Source: Tubiluchus corallicola (lineage: Eukaryota; Animalia; Priapulida). From it: a stretch of 64,000 bases of DNA. The stretch lies in assembly GCA_030141605.1 (NCBI GenBank), contig JAQGDQ010000040.1:558001-622000 (forward strand). Reading direction: 5' to 3'. Both the position numbers and the translations under genes were made by a program. The notes under the pieces are model-generated. The model was not told where the DNA came from. It searched no databases and was given only the letters and a program-made list of their open reading frames with translations. How positions within the stretch are numbered: position 1 is the stretch's first letter; each line of letters starts with the position of its first letter. This document shows, piece by piece, positions 27,101 to 40,200 of this stretch.

Positions 27101-28098
27101 CAGTGAAATACCAGTATTTGGGAGATTGGATTATCACAAAATGTAGTTATGAAACAATGTTGGGAAAATGAACCGTGAAAAATAAAATGATAATTAGTTA
27201 CATCAATACAATAGAAAGTGAGCTGAAAGTAAGAGATTGCTCAATAGGGGTTAAACTAATGCTATAGCTTCTTTCAGTGAGTGCATTGCTAAATAGTTCT
27301 GAAAAATGTTCAAATGTGAAAACAACTGATTGGAAATTAAAAATAATTCAAGCAAGTGCTTTAAAAACCTTATTTAATCTTAACGAATCAACACCATACT
27401 GGGGATTAGTAACTGAAATAGGCATGTGGCCTCTAAAACATGAAGTGAATTATAGGAGACTGTAAACCAAAGAGATTAGCATCAGAGGTACTCGAAATGC
27501 AAATAAACACTGCACATGAAAGGTCATGGTGTAATGAAGTACCGGTAGTTGAGGCTGCAAAAAATATACCATGGATGCTAGTAAAGAAAGGGTGAAGGTT
27601 ATGAAAAAGTCTGAATGGAAAAAAGAAATAAAGAATAAGACTGAATGTTTTATAAAGAATAAATGTGCAGAAAAATGCAGGAGCAGCGCGAAATTAAGAT
27701 TTTTAAAACATGCCGAGTGGAAACAACAAAATTACATAGACACATGCAAGCCAGAAGAGGTTAAAGTATATAGAAAATAAGACTGAATATGATTAACGTT
27801 AAAGGAAACTACAAGAATGAGTTTATGGATCAGTTATTATGCCCAGTGTGTGGGGAAGATGATGATACTACTGAACATATGCTTAAATGGGGCAGATATT
27901 GAGAATGGAAAAAAAATTGAACTCAGATATATTAATGAACAGTGAAAAAGAAGGATTGCTAGAAATCAGAAATCTAATGAACGAATGCAAGGAATACAGG
28001 ATAAAGACAATAAAGTGGGAAAAGACAACTAAAAGATCAGCGTTATAGAAAAATAGACTTTGCACCCTATAAAGGTGGCCGCCTCTGATAGGTAAAGA
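24110..28098 (+). mobile_element. Degenerate near-full-length non-LTR retrotransposon: ORF1 with CCCH zinc fingers, ORF2 with APE endonuclease, RT and a C-terminal CCHC-like finger
   Basis: ORF1 has CAFFGRNRYCKFESKCRFRH and CWNYKYDGECKYGSRCRYRH (24.3-24.6 kb). APE segment: YSNFRGLYNKLESL..ETYL..IEGYRVFQLNRNKYGGG (24.8-25.0 kb). RT: KLIYRGK..EMKNRRGLFITNIFSKLMEK, GGKKNRGVFDHLYTL, EKCFDKLW, VRQGTVLGPLLC (26.2-26.9 kb). C-terminus: RLNMINVKGNYK..CPVCGEDDDTTEH (27.8 kb). Many stops and frameshifts; strong A-rich strand bias. Confidence 0.92.
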
Positions 28099-28237
28099 GT
28101 GTCGAGTATCGCAACGGCAATGGCGTATACATTTTCTCTTATATGTTCGCCGCTGTCGTATCGAACGGTGCACTGCAAACAACAGAAATTCGACAAAACA
28201 GGACAGACGTTCTTTTGTTGTCGTGTAATGATGGAAA

Positions 28238-31200
28238 ATGGCAGTGCATTTGTTGAAAATTTTGTTTAGTCGTTTATTTAGCAATGTGGTACTTAGTGTT
28301 ATATTACCGTATATTTGTTTCGGTAAGACATACTTACTAACCTTTTTATATAATTTCTATTTTCTCTAACAATTAACATAAAACGTTTACTGCCGAGGCG
28401 AATACAGTAATAGTAATACTAGTAGTTTTAGTCACTAACACTGACTTAGCAGTAAAGTTAGGCCTCAAGGTAGTCACTAACACCTAGCAGTAAAGTTAGG
28501 CCTCAGTGTAATCGAATGATCAATCTGTAATGCAAAAACCCTGCCCCATAAATAGTGGCAACTCTTAGCTAAAATTCGTTTTAAAATCCTCTACCAATTC
28601 CTTGCTGTCTGTTTTGGAAAAAAAGATCAGTTAATACTCCTTGATTGTCGGCTTAGCTTATTAAATGCACATGATGCATTATACCTACTTCTACATGTGT
28701 TCTGTATTCCAAAATTGGCCCATATTTTGAGATCTTCACCTGTTTTCCAATGTAATGTACTTGGCCATTATGATTCTATTCTTTATAAAACTCTTCACAC
28801 TATACTAAACATTCATTTGTCTGATTCAGTTTGGTTACAAACTTCCTTGCCAGTCCCCAAAGGAGGTCTTGGTCTAAGAAGTGTCACCCAGCTATCTCTT
28901 CCTGCCTTTCGTGCATCAGCTGGTAGTTCTGCTTCTTTAGTTCAAGAAATCCTTTCTACCTAACACTTATGCTGCATTAGATTTAGCAAAATCAATCTTG
29001 GCAGAAAAGGTTAAAGCATTTGTTACAACTTTTCCTGCTTTAACTTCCCAAAAGTTTTGGGACAAACCTTTAACTGATGCACATCTTTTGACAGTTTGTT
29101 TGCCAGGACTTCTGCTGAGGTTGATAAAGCATGGCTATTAGCAATGTCTTCTAGTCATGCTGGTGCATGGCTTGCGGCTTACCTTTCCTTTCATTGGGTC
29201 TACATTTAAATGATAATCAATTGTTTATTGCTGCAGCACTTCGATTAGCTGTATATATTTGTCATCCTCACCAGTGCACATGTGGAACTTTTGTAGATAG
29301 TTCAGGAATCCATGGCCTAAGTTGATTAAAAAGCAGTGGTGGTTTTTCAAGACGTCAGGCTGCCAATGATTTAATTTGTTGTGCCTTAACCTCACGTTCC
29401 GTCAGTATTAAAGCCCACGGGTTTGTCTAGGTTAGATGGCGAAAGGCCTGACTTTGATCCCTTGGGCCGTCGCTCTCTTCTTTGGGATTTTACTTGTGTG
29501 GATACATTGGCACCCTCAAATTTGGCTGGCTCAGCTATGTAGCTGAATTAGCCGAGACAAGAAAATATACGAAATACCTTTTGCCAATTTTCGATTTTGT
29601 ACCAATTTGCTGTTAAAACTTTTGGCGCAGAATGGAAAAAATTTCGTAGTACTTTAGGCAAACGAATGCAGTGTGCCATGAGGTAGACTAGGTCTACAAG
29701 CTTTTTATTCCAGCATTTATCTATTGCTTTAAAAAGCGGTAATGTGATAAGCGTTATCGGAACAATCCCTCCATCTGAAAAATCTACTACTCATTTTTGC
29801 ATTGTAATAATACTTGTAATATAGTATTTATCGTTAGATAATTATATAGTTTATTATTTATGTTTTCAAACATTCTGTAGAGATCAGTGTTAAATGTATA
29901 GTAATATGTATTAACATTAATAATAAACAATATTGTTTTTGTTTCCCTTGCTTAGGTGCTTACCATAACCATAATAATCTTAGCATTAACATAATGTAAC
30001 CTGGGCTACAGATCTATCACTGCCAGCTTTTCATTTACTGCTTAGGCCTGCTTACTGTTAAATGTAATGTTATGATACCGATTGTGTTGTTATGGACATG
30101 ACTATATGAGAGTGCACACTAGTTAGACAAACAGCTGATAGTGACAGATTGTCGTCATCCTTGAATGCCTTGAACATCCGTTTACTCCACCAAGCCATGT
30201 TTTTTAAAATTCATTATGTACTGGTGGTCACACTCTTTGCAGTGTGTATAATACAACCTCTTGTGCACGTGCTCAAGACACCAATCCACATCCCATTTGT
30301 GTAAAGCGTGACGTACTAGTTCTCCTGAGACATTCTGGCAAGTGACACTTGATGCCATCAGAACCATGAAGGCACCTTCTAATGTGCAGAGATTATAAAA
30401 ATTAGTACAAGATGTTTTTAGATGCACACTGATAACCATAACCAGCACTTTTGTTCTTTTATGATAACAAGGAACATTACTTGGCAAATACACGGGGCAG
30501 ATTGATATTATCTGTCACTCTAGTTTGCTTTTAAGCTTTTAAAATTACTGATTGAACGTTGAAGAGTGGCTACAAGAGTGATCCTTGAAGACAACTGCAC
30601 TTCTTAATACCTTACATGGTATCACTTTCAACATTTTTATTGTAACAAATAGCAGAAGTATAATTGGAAGTCTGGAGGAGTAAAAAGCACGTTATGTCTA
30701 TTAAATAGCATTATCACATTTTGTTGGAGCTCAGTCGAATTACATGAACTGAACCATTTCTTCGAACTACATTATGTCTGTTTCTGTTGTCAGTGACGTG
30801 TTTTCGATATAAAGCCGAATTTTAATTTTAGATTAGAATGATTGGCTCAGTAAGAATGTGGATTTGCTCTAATTAAGTTTTTTGTTCAGTTATAGCACAA
30901 GATGAAAGATATAAAGGGTGCTTTAAGGAGAATGCAACTTATCCAGACATGTCACTGCAGATACCAGTCGATGAATTACGTGACAATCGTCTTTCTGTAG
31001 ATAACTGCATTACAGGTATTATTATATACAGTTTTCTAGCATCTGTCCAGTTTATGTAATGCCACATTTATCATTTTTAGTATCTGGCTGACAATAAAAA
31101 TACATCTGTTTCTGCCTCAAAAGCATTTTTTTATTTAATACATTAACACAATAATTATTATAACGTTGTTTTGGTGAGAGTGCAGCCATGTTTCTCTTCA

Positions 31201-34200
31201 GCTGACTCTCCGTTTCTCACAAGGCTGGAGTTCATGCCGAGTCATGTGTTTCGTTTCCAGTACCTAATCAGAATGGCTGCTGCATGTGCCATGATTTGTG
31301 TGTCGGCAGTCATCTGCATTAATGTCTGTTGTAAAAACAACGGGCAATGCTTGCATAGATCTGTTAAACAATCGGATTAACAGTGTGCACATTACAAAGT
31401 TTAGTCTACGTAATACAATATGTATGTATTGATGTTTTAGAACTGAATCTAAATATTTCCATTTGCAAAGTTTCAAAAAAAATTTGATAAAATGTTTTTC
31501 CTCCCTTCTTGCTGACAAGTTTTGGGCTCATGAGTTAAGAATGAAAGAAAACGAAATGAAACATTTGTGGCCGACCTTACAATTGGCGTCTTCCGGTTTT
31601 ATTCGCATTTTGGGATAACTTATCATGTGGACTAATGGTTCTAGCCAAGAAGTGATTTAAAAAAAAATTTGAGGCAAAACAATTGGCATAGGTTGTCATC
31701 TTATCTGCAACTTATACACAATAGCTCGTTTACTTTTTAAATTTTTTATGACAGTGATTAGTGGTGGTATATTGATTTAAATGAGCATTTTTCTATTAAA
31801 ATGGTTTTATGTCTGGTACGGTAGAAAGTGGAATGTCACCTAGTTATCAGTTGCCATAGTGGTGTATTCTATTATGTATCTACATAACTTGTATAACGTA
31901 ACTTATATAAAATAATTTAAAACTGAGTGCTGATAGTCTCTATTACATGCATGTAATACATATAAGCTATTCTTGGGAGCTATTTATTGAGTTCACCTCT
32001 GCCATTAATTACAGATTTTTTTTCAAGTTTATTTATGCTAGTGCATTATATTACTTTTGGAGCCCCTTCTATACTGATGTGTAGCTCAAGAACCAATCAT
32101 GTTCCATTAAACATAAAAAACATTATGCGTAATTTGCTTGATGCTTGATGTGTCCTAGAAAAAAAATGGTGATTTATACACAAACCTTTATATGTAAAGG
32201 ATATTATTTCTACTCTTTCTCTGCTGTTAATGCTGTGGTTTAAGCCATTAAATTGTCCAAAAAATCTTCTAATTATGAATTTTTACAGCTTGCAGTGAAA
32301 AGGGAAGCGTATTTATATACGCTGCATTGAAAAATGGTGCTGGCTGTTTTTGTGGCTCTTTGTATGGGTCTTATGGCCCATCGGACCAGTGTACTTATGA
32401 GTGTGATGGAGAGTGTGGTGGAATAGGCGTTATGTCTGTTTACACAACAGGCAAATACACAGTCAGAACATCACCTACAAATTTAGGTATGTTATATTTT
32501 GTGCAGGATTGATTATATTTCCAGTTGCATTTGTTTGTGTTTAAGTGAAAGGAAGAATGCCATTCTGGTCTAGGGCTTCAAAACACTGAGAATTTTATTA
32601 AAAATGAAGAGATGGAGGTTATTTAAAAAAATAGTGGTAAGAGCAGGACTCTGTTCATGTGGGTGACATTAAAGCACAAGCTATTTGTCAGAGTGTCTGG
32701 TAAGCTGATTCTCGTGGAAAGAAATTGCTAGAATAAGGGACAGTTCTGCTTGGGTTGTATAAAGCTTAGAAGCTGCTACTGGTGTAAGATCATTGAATTC
32801 TTCTTCTTCCCAGCTTTTCCCTATGCGGAATCGCCGTTGTGCCATGCATTCTTCTCCATGCATTCCTGTTGTTGGCCATCTCTTCATTTATGTTCTTCTC
32901 TCTAAGGTCTCCGTTAATACATTCAAACCATCTCAGCTTGGGTCGTCCTCTTCTATTTCCCAGCACTTCCATTTCCATGACTTCCCACATGATCTTCCCC
33001 GACTCTTCTTTTCAGGTGCCCATACTATCACAATCTTGCCTCTTGTATCTTTTTCGAGGCTTCCACTACTTTCACTGTTCCTCTACTATTACTATTCCTG
33101 ATTTTATCCCTTCTTGTTATTCCCACCATCCATCTCAACATCCTCATCTCTCCCACATCCATTTTCTTCGCTTCGGTCTTCTTTAGAGGTGCTGCTTCCA
33201 GCCCATAGATTAGGGCGGATCTGACCACTGCTTTGTGAACTTTATCTTTAAGGCTCGCTGGAATCCTCTTATCGCATATCACACCCGAAACTTTTCGCCA
33301 GTTATTCCAACCACACTGAATCCTGAAATTCACCTCCTTTTCCATTCCTGCAGTCTCGTCTATCATTGATCCCAGATACTTAAAGGTCTTTACTCTTTTC
33401 AACTCTGCCCCATTCAATCCTATTGTTTCTCTTTGGTCCCCATTCATGTCTGTCGTAAGATACTCCATTTTGGATCTACTAATCCTCATTCCTCTGCTCT
33501 CCAAAGCAGCTCTCCATGCTTCTAATTCTAAGATCATTGAATTATTCAAAACTACTTAATGGCACTATTGGAATACCACTTGCGAAAGTGTCTAAAAAGA
33601 TTGAATGAGGCAGGTCTAATACTAAGTTGTAGTTAACAAAATTATTGATCCATTTTTGTGTGTGACCAAGTATATGAACTAAGTATTAAGTAATATCCTC
33701 TGCAGTGCAAGCCCATGTCAGACTACAGTATTTCGTACAAACACCACAGCGGCCTAGCACACATACAGTGCTCCTTAGGGCATATTTTTGAGAACAGTAA
33801 AGGCATCCTGTTTTCTGAAGAACACTTTTGGTTTCATCATTAAGATGATTATTACATACAGCAGCTGATATTAAGACAAAAGTGATGAAAGTCAGACATC
33901 AGTGAAACATGAGATTTCTAGATTGGAGGAAATCTCATTTTTACTGTGTACATGCCTGCAAAGAAAATGTAAAGATATCACTTTAGTTTTTTTAGCATGT
34001 GATAAGCCTTTTACAGTGATATATTACAGCACTGAAGCTTAATTTGGTGACAATAAATATCCAAGGACCTATAGGTAACTGTAATCATACAGTAATCAAG
34101 TATATGCCAACCTGTTTTTAATCAAATTCAATTAGTAATTTTAAGAGGATTCTCAACAAATCTTTAATTTTTATTTGATAGAACAGTCTTGACAAATTTA

Positions 34201-37200
34201 TTTGTAATTCTTCTAAATATGATGCAAATAAAGTGTTATGGTACATTAATGCTTGCCTTTTTTCCGTGTTATTTAGCTTGTGATAAAGGTACATATGGAC
34301 CGCCTGACTGTAATGGTAAATGTCACTGTGAAGACAATGAAGACTGTGATAGTATGACTGGAAAATGTGGAGGAAGAGGCTGTGCAAAGTATTACCATGG
34401 TACGACATGTCAGAAAGGTGTGTGCTCTATTTATAAACACTAAAGTAATGCATTTTTAGTTTCAGTAACTTACCTAGTATGTACTGTACATAACTTTGTT
34501 GCGCCCAACTTTTGTTGGTCTCACTTATAAGAGTTACTTAGTTAGTTCGACGTAAATGTGTTCATAGTATCTGGAACTCTCTACCAACCATCTTACAAAT
34601 TCCTAAAGAGGAACATCAACCCTTAAACAAGATGCATTGCATATTAATATACACTTAGAAATATTGAAATTATTACATAATGTAAGCACATAAAATGGTT
34701 GATTAAAAATGCAAAAGAAATTCCAATCATTTTTATCCCCACCCAACTAACCTCAATGCGAGCATATTTGACGAAAATGCGTAAGTTGGTGAACAGTACG
34801 AATGCATGCACAACAAAACTTCTGCAGCTCACTTAGAAATTCCACTATTCTAACTAATTAAATTTTTGCTTTTCACTGTGTTTTTGTAAAAATTATTCAC
34901 CGAATCAACTGGTAACACCTTCAGAGTGTTTACCAGGATTATACCCAAAGCACTAAGTAGTATACTTGATGTTACAGATAAGTATATGGAATTCAGAGTG
35001 GCTGCGAGCATGAAGTAGCTACCGAGTGGGTTACCTAGCTTACACACTTCAATTTTAGTTTGTTAAAATAATTGTTTGTTACTTTGTCGGCATTAACTAG
35101 CAGAGTTGGAAGATTATTATATTATCGTCGATAACTGGTTTTCATTACATAGTAGGCAATGGATTTCATCAAAAGCAAAAAATAGTATTCTTAATCTCTC
35201 ATTTAATGTTTTGGATTATTTATAGTTCTTAACTGATGCAAAAAAGTTTGCTCAAGCACCTGGCAGAATAAGTGTTTTTATTGCCCGGTAACTAGATGAA
35301 GCCATTTTTCGTTCAAAATAAGCATGCCCAAGTATGAAGTGATCATCAGTTTATTTTGTTAATTACACGAGACCCTTATCACAATTTTATTGCTGAAATT
35401 TTCTATTATTTTTCTCAAACATTAAAATAAGCTCAACTTCCCAAGAGATTTTTGCTTTTCCTTTAAGAATGTATGCTTCTAATTAATTTTGAGCTAGTTC
35501 TTGTTTTTAAATATATAACCTAACACTACTTCTTTTTTTTCAGAAATTCCACATTTGGCAAATGCTCCTGTTGTGAGGCAGATCAACACATCTGCTGTTA
35601 GTGTCAGGTAATGGCTTGTTCACATTGCTGCTTTAGTCTTCATGTCATGCAGCGTTAACTTAGTTTGGCAGGTATCACAGAATGTAAGTGTGTTTAACGT
35701 ATGGCATTTATTGTTTTTTAAATTTTCTTCAGCAGACCATTGTTTGTGCTATAGTGGCATTTTGGAAAGGCAAAGTGTGTCTGTATGATATGAGCAATTG
35801 CATGGCTGTAGTTTTCTTTTTTGATCGTTTTTCTTTTCTTTAGGTGGCAGGAGTGGCAAGAAAGTGTTGATAATGGCGATGGATCTATAATAAAGTACAC
35901 ATTAGAAAATAAAGAAAAGAATGCATCGTATCCCTCTTCGTGGAAAAACATTGCATCTGTACAAGTTGATAAAGCTGTTTTGGTAAGGTTTATCACCTTA
36001 ATCATCTTATCTGAACTTCTTCAGCTTGACTTTTTTAAATTTTTTAAACATGCATTTTCACATTGCTAAGTCAGCTGTAACTTATAAAACTCTAGTAAAC
36101 AACAATTCGTTAAGAGTTAAATTTGAGTTAGAAGTTAATAACACCTCGATTTATGTAATTGGTTTTCTGTATTAGTGTTTATAATCATTTGCACCTTGTA
36201 ATTTAGGTAATTTTTGAATACTTTTTTATTAAAAGAGCATTTTTGAAAGCCATTTTATTGGTATTTATGCCATCTACTTGTTCTAAATTACAGGAAGGTA
36301 ATAGCCATTGGTATGAAGTTGTCTCGCCAGTTGTGCTAGGTCGTCATTACATGTTTCGTGTGCGAACAGTAATGGATAAAAAGGGCAAACCTTCGCCAGT
36401 AGCAGATATTACAGTTGCATGCCAGAGTAAGTATTCTATAATCCAGTTTAATAGTAATAGTAATAGTTTAAAAGTAAAATATCCTTTTCCGTGACAGCAT
36501 ATTGTTATGATGTTGTTGCAAGTCGTACCTGCGCAGCAGCTGACCCTTTACGTTTAATAGAACCTAGGTATAAGCAAGAAACATGGCCGCCATGCCTTTG
36601 CAGTTATTGCTCCACTGCGGAGTTGCAGAGTTGCTTATCATTATCTCTGCATCAACTGGCATCATTACAAAATTTAAAAAGCACTTAAAAGCACACCTGT
36701 TTAGGCAGCTTTATGGATCATAGCAATATCTATACATTAGAGTAGAGTATGTTGGTAGAATTTTACGATTGCTTTTAAAAGCGATCTTATAGTGTGTTTA
36801 CAATTAGTACGATTTTATGATTTTAGAATGATAATTTTATAATGATTGTCTATGTAATTGTACATTATAACAGACTTTTTAATTGTAAAGCGCACTGAGA
36901 TCACTTGATGTGATGCACGATACAAGTAGTACATTATTGTTGTTGTTGTTATTATTATTATTGTTATTGTTATTATTATTATTATTATTATATTGCCACA
37001 ATGTTATTAGTTTTAATTTTTTTCAATTTAATAGATCCTATTGGTCGTTTAAAGAAGCCAGTTTTAGAGAACATGCATCTCAACACCAAAAATAAAGTTG
37101 ACGTAGACATCTCTTGGACGGTAATAGGATTTTTTATTGTTTTGGTTACTTTTGCAAGACTAAATGTTCATATGAGCTGTGAAAGATACATAGCTATTGA

Positions 37201-40200
37201 AACCTACTAGTTTTCTGCTGTAGACAGGAATGAATGCCAGGCTGTTACATAAGAGGCAACTAGCTGAAGGTGATCAGGTAAGTGAACTAGCTGACTGGTA
37301 CAGCTGGCATATTCGAACAACAATAGGCCTGGTCAGCAAAGAGGTGAATGGTTTGTGGGAAAAACTGTTTCTAAATGATTTCATTTGCTGTAATGGTTCC
37401 AGCAGATTCTGTGATTGTGGGAGGAGGCAGTAATAATAAAAAAATTGTTGACCGCACCATGGCATTCAATGGTTGTGTTTAACGTAAATTAACTTTTTTG
37501 TTTTTCAGCCCCCTGTACAGGAAGTCATTCAATGTGATTCAATTGATAGTTACATGATATTTGTTGATAATCTCGAGCTGCTGACTGCAAGTGGTTTAAC
37601 CACTAGGGGAAAGTTGCCTAACTTGAATCCAAATAGTGACTTTAACATCACGGTATCTTATCGTAACAATGGACGTTTTTACAGTGATCCCAGCACCGCA
37701 TTGCACATTACTACACCACCAGTACCAGGTATGTTTTTTAATAATCAGGTAGACTTGGGCAGATTGTTGTGCAATTTACAAGCACTTTGCTTTTAAATTT
37801 CTTATTTCTTAAATTTGATCAGTGAATATAAACCTGTTGTTTATGCCTGCAACAGCCAAAGTATTTTTTGCTATCTAATATGTAATAACTATTCAGTTGC
37901 TTGTTATTTCCATTAAAACAAAATACTTCAGCAGATGCTGATACACTGTCATGCTACAGAAGCACATTCACAAGTTATTGTTATTGAAATGTAATTGATC
38001 AGTTACTAAAGAATTTTTGTAGGTATTGTATTTTTGCATTTTTTTCATACTAAATTATTATTGGTCTGTCATTGTGCAAGTGTGAAGTTTTTCTGAAATT
38101 AAGCGAAAATAAAATATTTTTATAGCAAATGATGCTGTTCGGAATCTTAGAGTCACAGCAACAACAGAAAATTCAATTGAAATTGAATATGAAAAGCCAC
38201 TTTCTGCACTTGATGGAAATGATATGGATTATGAAGTATCATACAAAAGTTTACATTACTTAAATGATGACTGCCGTAACGTAGGAGAATCTGATGCCAT
38301 GTCCCAGATTACCAGGTTCGCTTAACTGGTGCTGTGTATTACACTTTTTCTGTCATGTGCTATTGGTAATGGCTTATAATAAAACTTAAGGTTTCTTGTA
38401 ATGCGAGATGAATAATATTCTATTATAAATGAAGTTTTACTTATAGCAAACTTGCAAGCAGAGTATAACGTAGAACATGTTTTATAGGGAAGGGGTCAAA
38501 ACCAGCTATTTAAACAGTCTTGATTTGTGACTGAGTTCATAAGATCAGTGAAGATGATGACATTCATTAATCTAAAAGCTAGGCAAACTATTATACGATA
38601 GAAAGGCACAATATAAGTATCTGAGCACCATGCATAAAGTACAGTTGCTTTTATTTTTGCAAAAGGGTGATGTATGAATTTACTTGTCTTTAAAAAAATA
38701 ATGTACCAGTCTAGTACATTTAGCATATTATATTTCAGGAGTTAAGATAATAATTCTTTATTTATAAGTTTAATTGTGTGTTAAAATATATAATTTATTT
38801 TATTTTAGTGAAGAAAGTCTCACTTTGAACAATTTGAGACCGAATAGTAACTATAGCATCACAGTTTCACTTGCCAATGAAGGCTCAAGCAGATCTACTG
38901 TGTACGCTCAAACAGGAGCAACAGGTACAGAAACGCACTCTGCTTATAATTTGGAATGATGCACATTGCAAATTTTAAGTTTGTAATTGCGAAGACTGGT
39001 TGCAAACTAGATAAAATCTGAAATGAATGAGATTCACGTACATTCCAAGTAAATTGTAGCTAACTAGCCCATCGTATGACTTTTCACAGCATTGTCTCAG
39101 GATGGATGAGTTGTAACTTAGCTGTGTAGTCAGTGATTGCTTTATGGATTTGTTTAAAATCTTTAGCTCTATAAGTCTATTTGAACATTTATCATCTGCA
39201 TATTGAGTGTATGTGATCCTGAACAAAATCTATTGCTTGTAATTATGTAGACATTCCTTTGGATGATATGTATTGGAATCAAACCATATGTAGTGGGTCA
39301 ATTAGTCATACTTGCAGCATCTCTCTAAACTGCTGACTGGTCTGTTTCTTGTGTAATTTGTTTTCACTTTTCCAGTCTCTGACTCTATTACATGTATCTT
39401 ATCATGTCTTATTTTTTATAGTACCTGGTATGCCAACCGATATTATTGTGAAAAACATCACAGATTCAGCTATTCATATCACATGGAGCCCACCTCCATG
39501 CGAAAAGCGAGGCGGCCTTTTTCGCGATTATGAATACCTCCTAAAATCCGATGGAGGCAGTGCTGCCATGGGTACAGTAGCAGCTGGAGCAAGGATATTC
39601 CGTGATTTGAAACCTAACACTTTGTACGAGTTTAAAGTAAATTATAGAGTTGATTCTGCTGATGGGATTTTACCTAGTAACTGGACTACACCTACAAGGT
39701 CACGCACAATGCCAACTCGTAAGTTTTCTCTTAGTTATCTATAATCTTTCTTGTGTTGATATTGTGAGTGTACACACCCACAATTAATTGAGCTTTGAAA
39801 CCTAACTTGAAAATCACGAAACGTGAAAAGCTTTAACACCTTTCAGTGTTTGGTTAAAATCTATTCTATAATCCACTTTTTCATATTTTCTTTTTTCAAG
39901 TTTGGTTTGAAATTCACTGAATTATGGGTTTATACCATTAACTTGTCTTTTCATATATGAAGCTTCTAGTTTATAACTATGTTGGGTTCTTCTCTGCAAC
40001 ATAAGAATTTGTAAAACATAAAAGTGTTTCTAGCTCATTAAGTTGTAGCGAATAGAGAAGTGGATGCTTATTTGCTTGTTACTTAAAAAAACATCAAACG
40101 TAGTTTATGCTGTATGAGTTGGCATAACGTGTGCACGCTTGTTGATTTTTGTTTGAGTATACTCAGTATGCCTCCTGATGGCTGCACTGCCAATTTTGAT

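Noticed and set aside
30182-30493. 103-aa minus-strand ORF in phosphatase intron 1
   Set aside because: Non-ATG start and no domain motif.
36910-37095. Poly-Leu signal or TM-like ORF
   Set aside because: It is the translation of the (TTG/TTA)n tail of an L2 fragment.
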